Below, in pieces: positions 63,809-64,000 of a stretch of DNA of 64,000 nt. Within the stretch, counting starts at the first letter, position 1, and the number at the start of each line of letters is the position of its first letter. Both the position numbers and the translations under genes were made by a program. The stretch is taken from NCBI GenBank assembly GCA_010405405.1, contig MU004231.1:1681784-1745783 (forward strand), read 5' to 3'. The stretch is from Microthyrium microscopicum. Lineage: Eukaryota. The notes below the pieces were generated by a model, which was not told where the DNA came from, searched no databases, and saw only the letters and a list, made by a program, of their open reading frames with translations.

Positions 63809-64000
63809 GATGCCTTGCAGGGCAGGATACCGAGTTAGTGGAAAGCGTGATTGGAGTTTGTTATGGAGTTTGATATTGAGTTTGATATGAAGTTTAATGT
63901 AGGTTTTTGGGAGGAGTCTGGTGCCAAATGACTGGACTGGGTAAGAGGTGGATATTCGGTGGGAAGTAGGTCTTTGGGGGAAACATGTTGTAGTCGGGCA

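Noticed and set aside
63849..63897. Four degenerate ~12-bp units (AT.GAGTTTG) upstream of copy C
   Set aside because: Short low-complexity slippage that is not shared with the paralogs.

Overview
This is a eukaryotic, intron-rich window from a filamentous ascomycete (Pezizomycotina-type splice signals, RIP-mutated repeats). From left to right it holds: (1) a putative sulfonate/sulfur-scavenging group (Dal5/Liz1-type MFS transporter, FMO, TauD dioxygenase) around a secreted flavin amine/L-amino-acid oxidase gene that is split by a 715-bp Mutator-like element with a perfect 9-bp TSD; (2) a 4.0-kb RIP-destroyed Tc1/IS630 (DD34E) transposon carrying a second, convergent ORF relic; (3) housekeeping genes (MRPS16, NAD(P)HX epimerase, Whi3-like RRM protein, MARVEL protein, WBP1, complex I 9.5-kDa subunit); (4) several lineage-specific genes (BTB-like, degenerate exonuclease, YwbE-like, RBR ligase, Ser-rich multi-PAN mucin, GH35 beta-galactosidase, signal-peptide TenA-like protein, SDR); and (5) a tandem trio of divergent DUF6604-like genes, one of them pseudogenised. 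The strongest leads are a dense GCAU cluster in the Whi3-like gene's own 3' region (possible autoregulation), the Mutator element that could be spliced out in frame, the two-ORF Tc1 element, the apparently secreted TenA, and the DUF6604 array with a shared palindromic CCAAT promoter element. All gene models and family calls were made by eye, without database searches.
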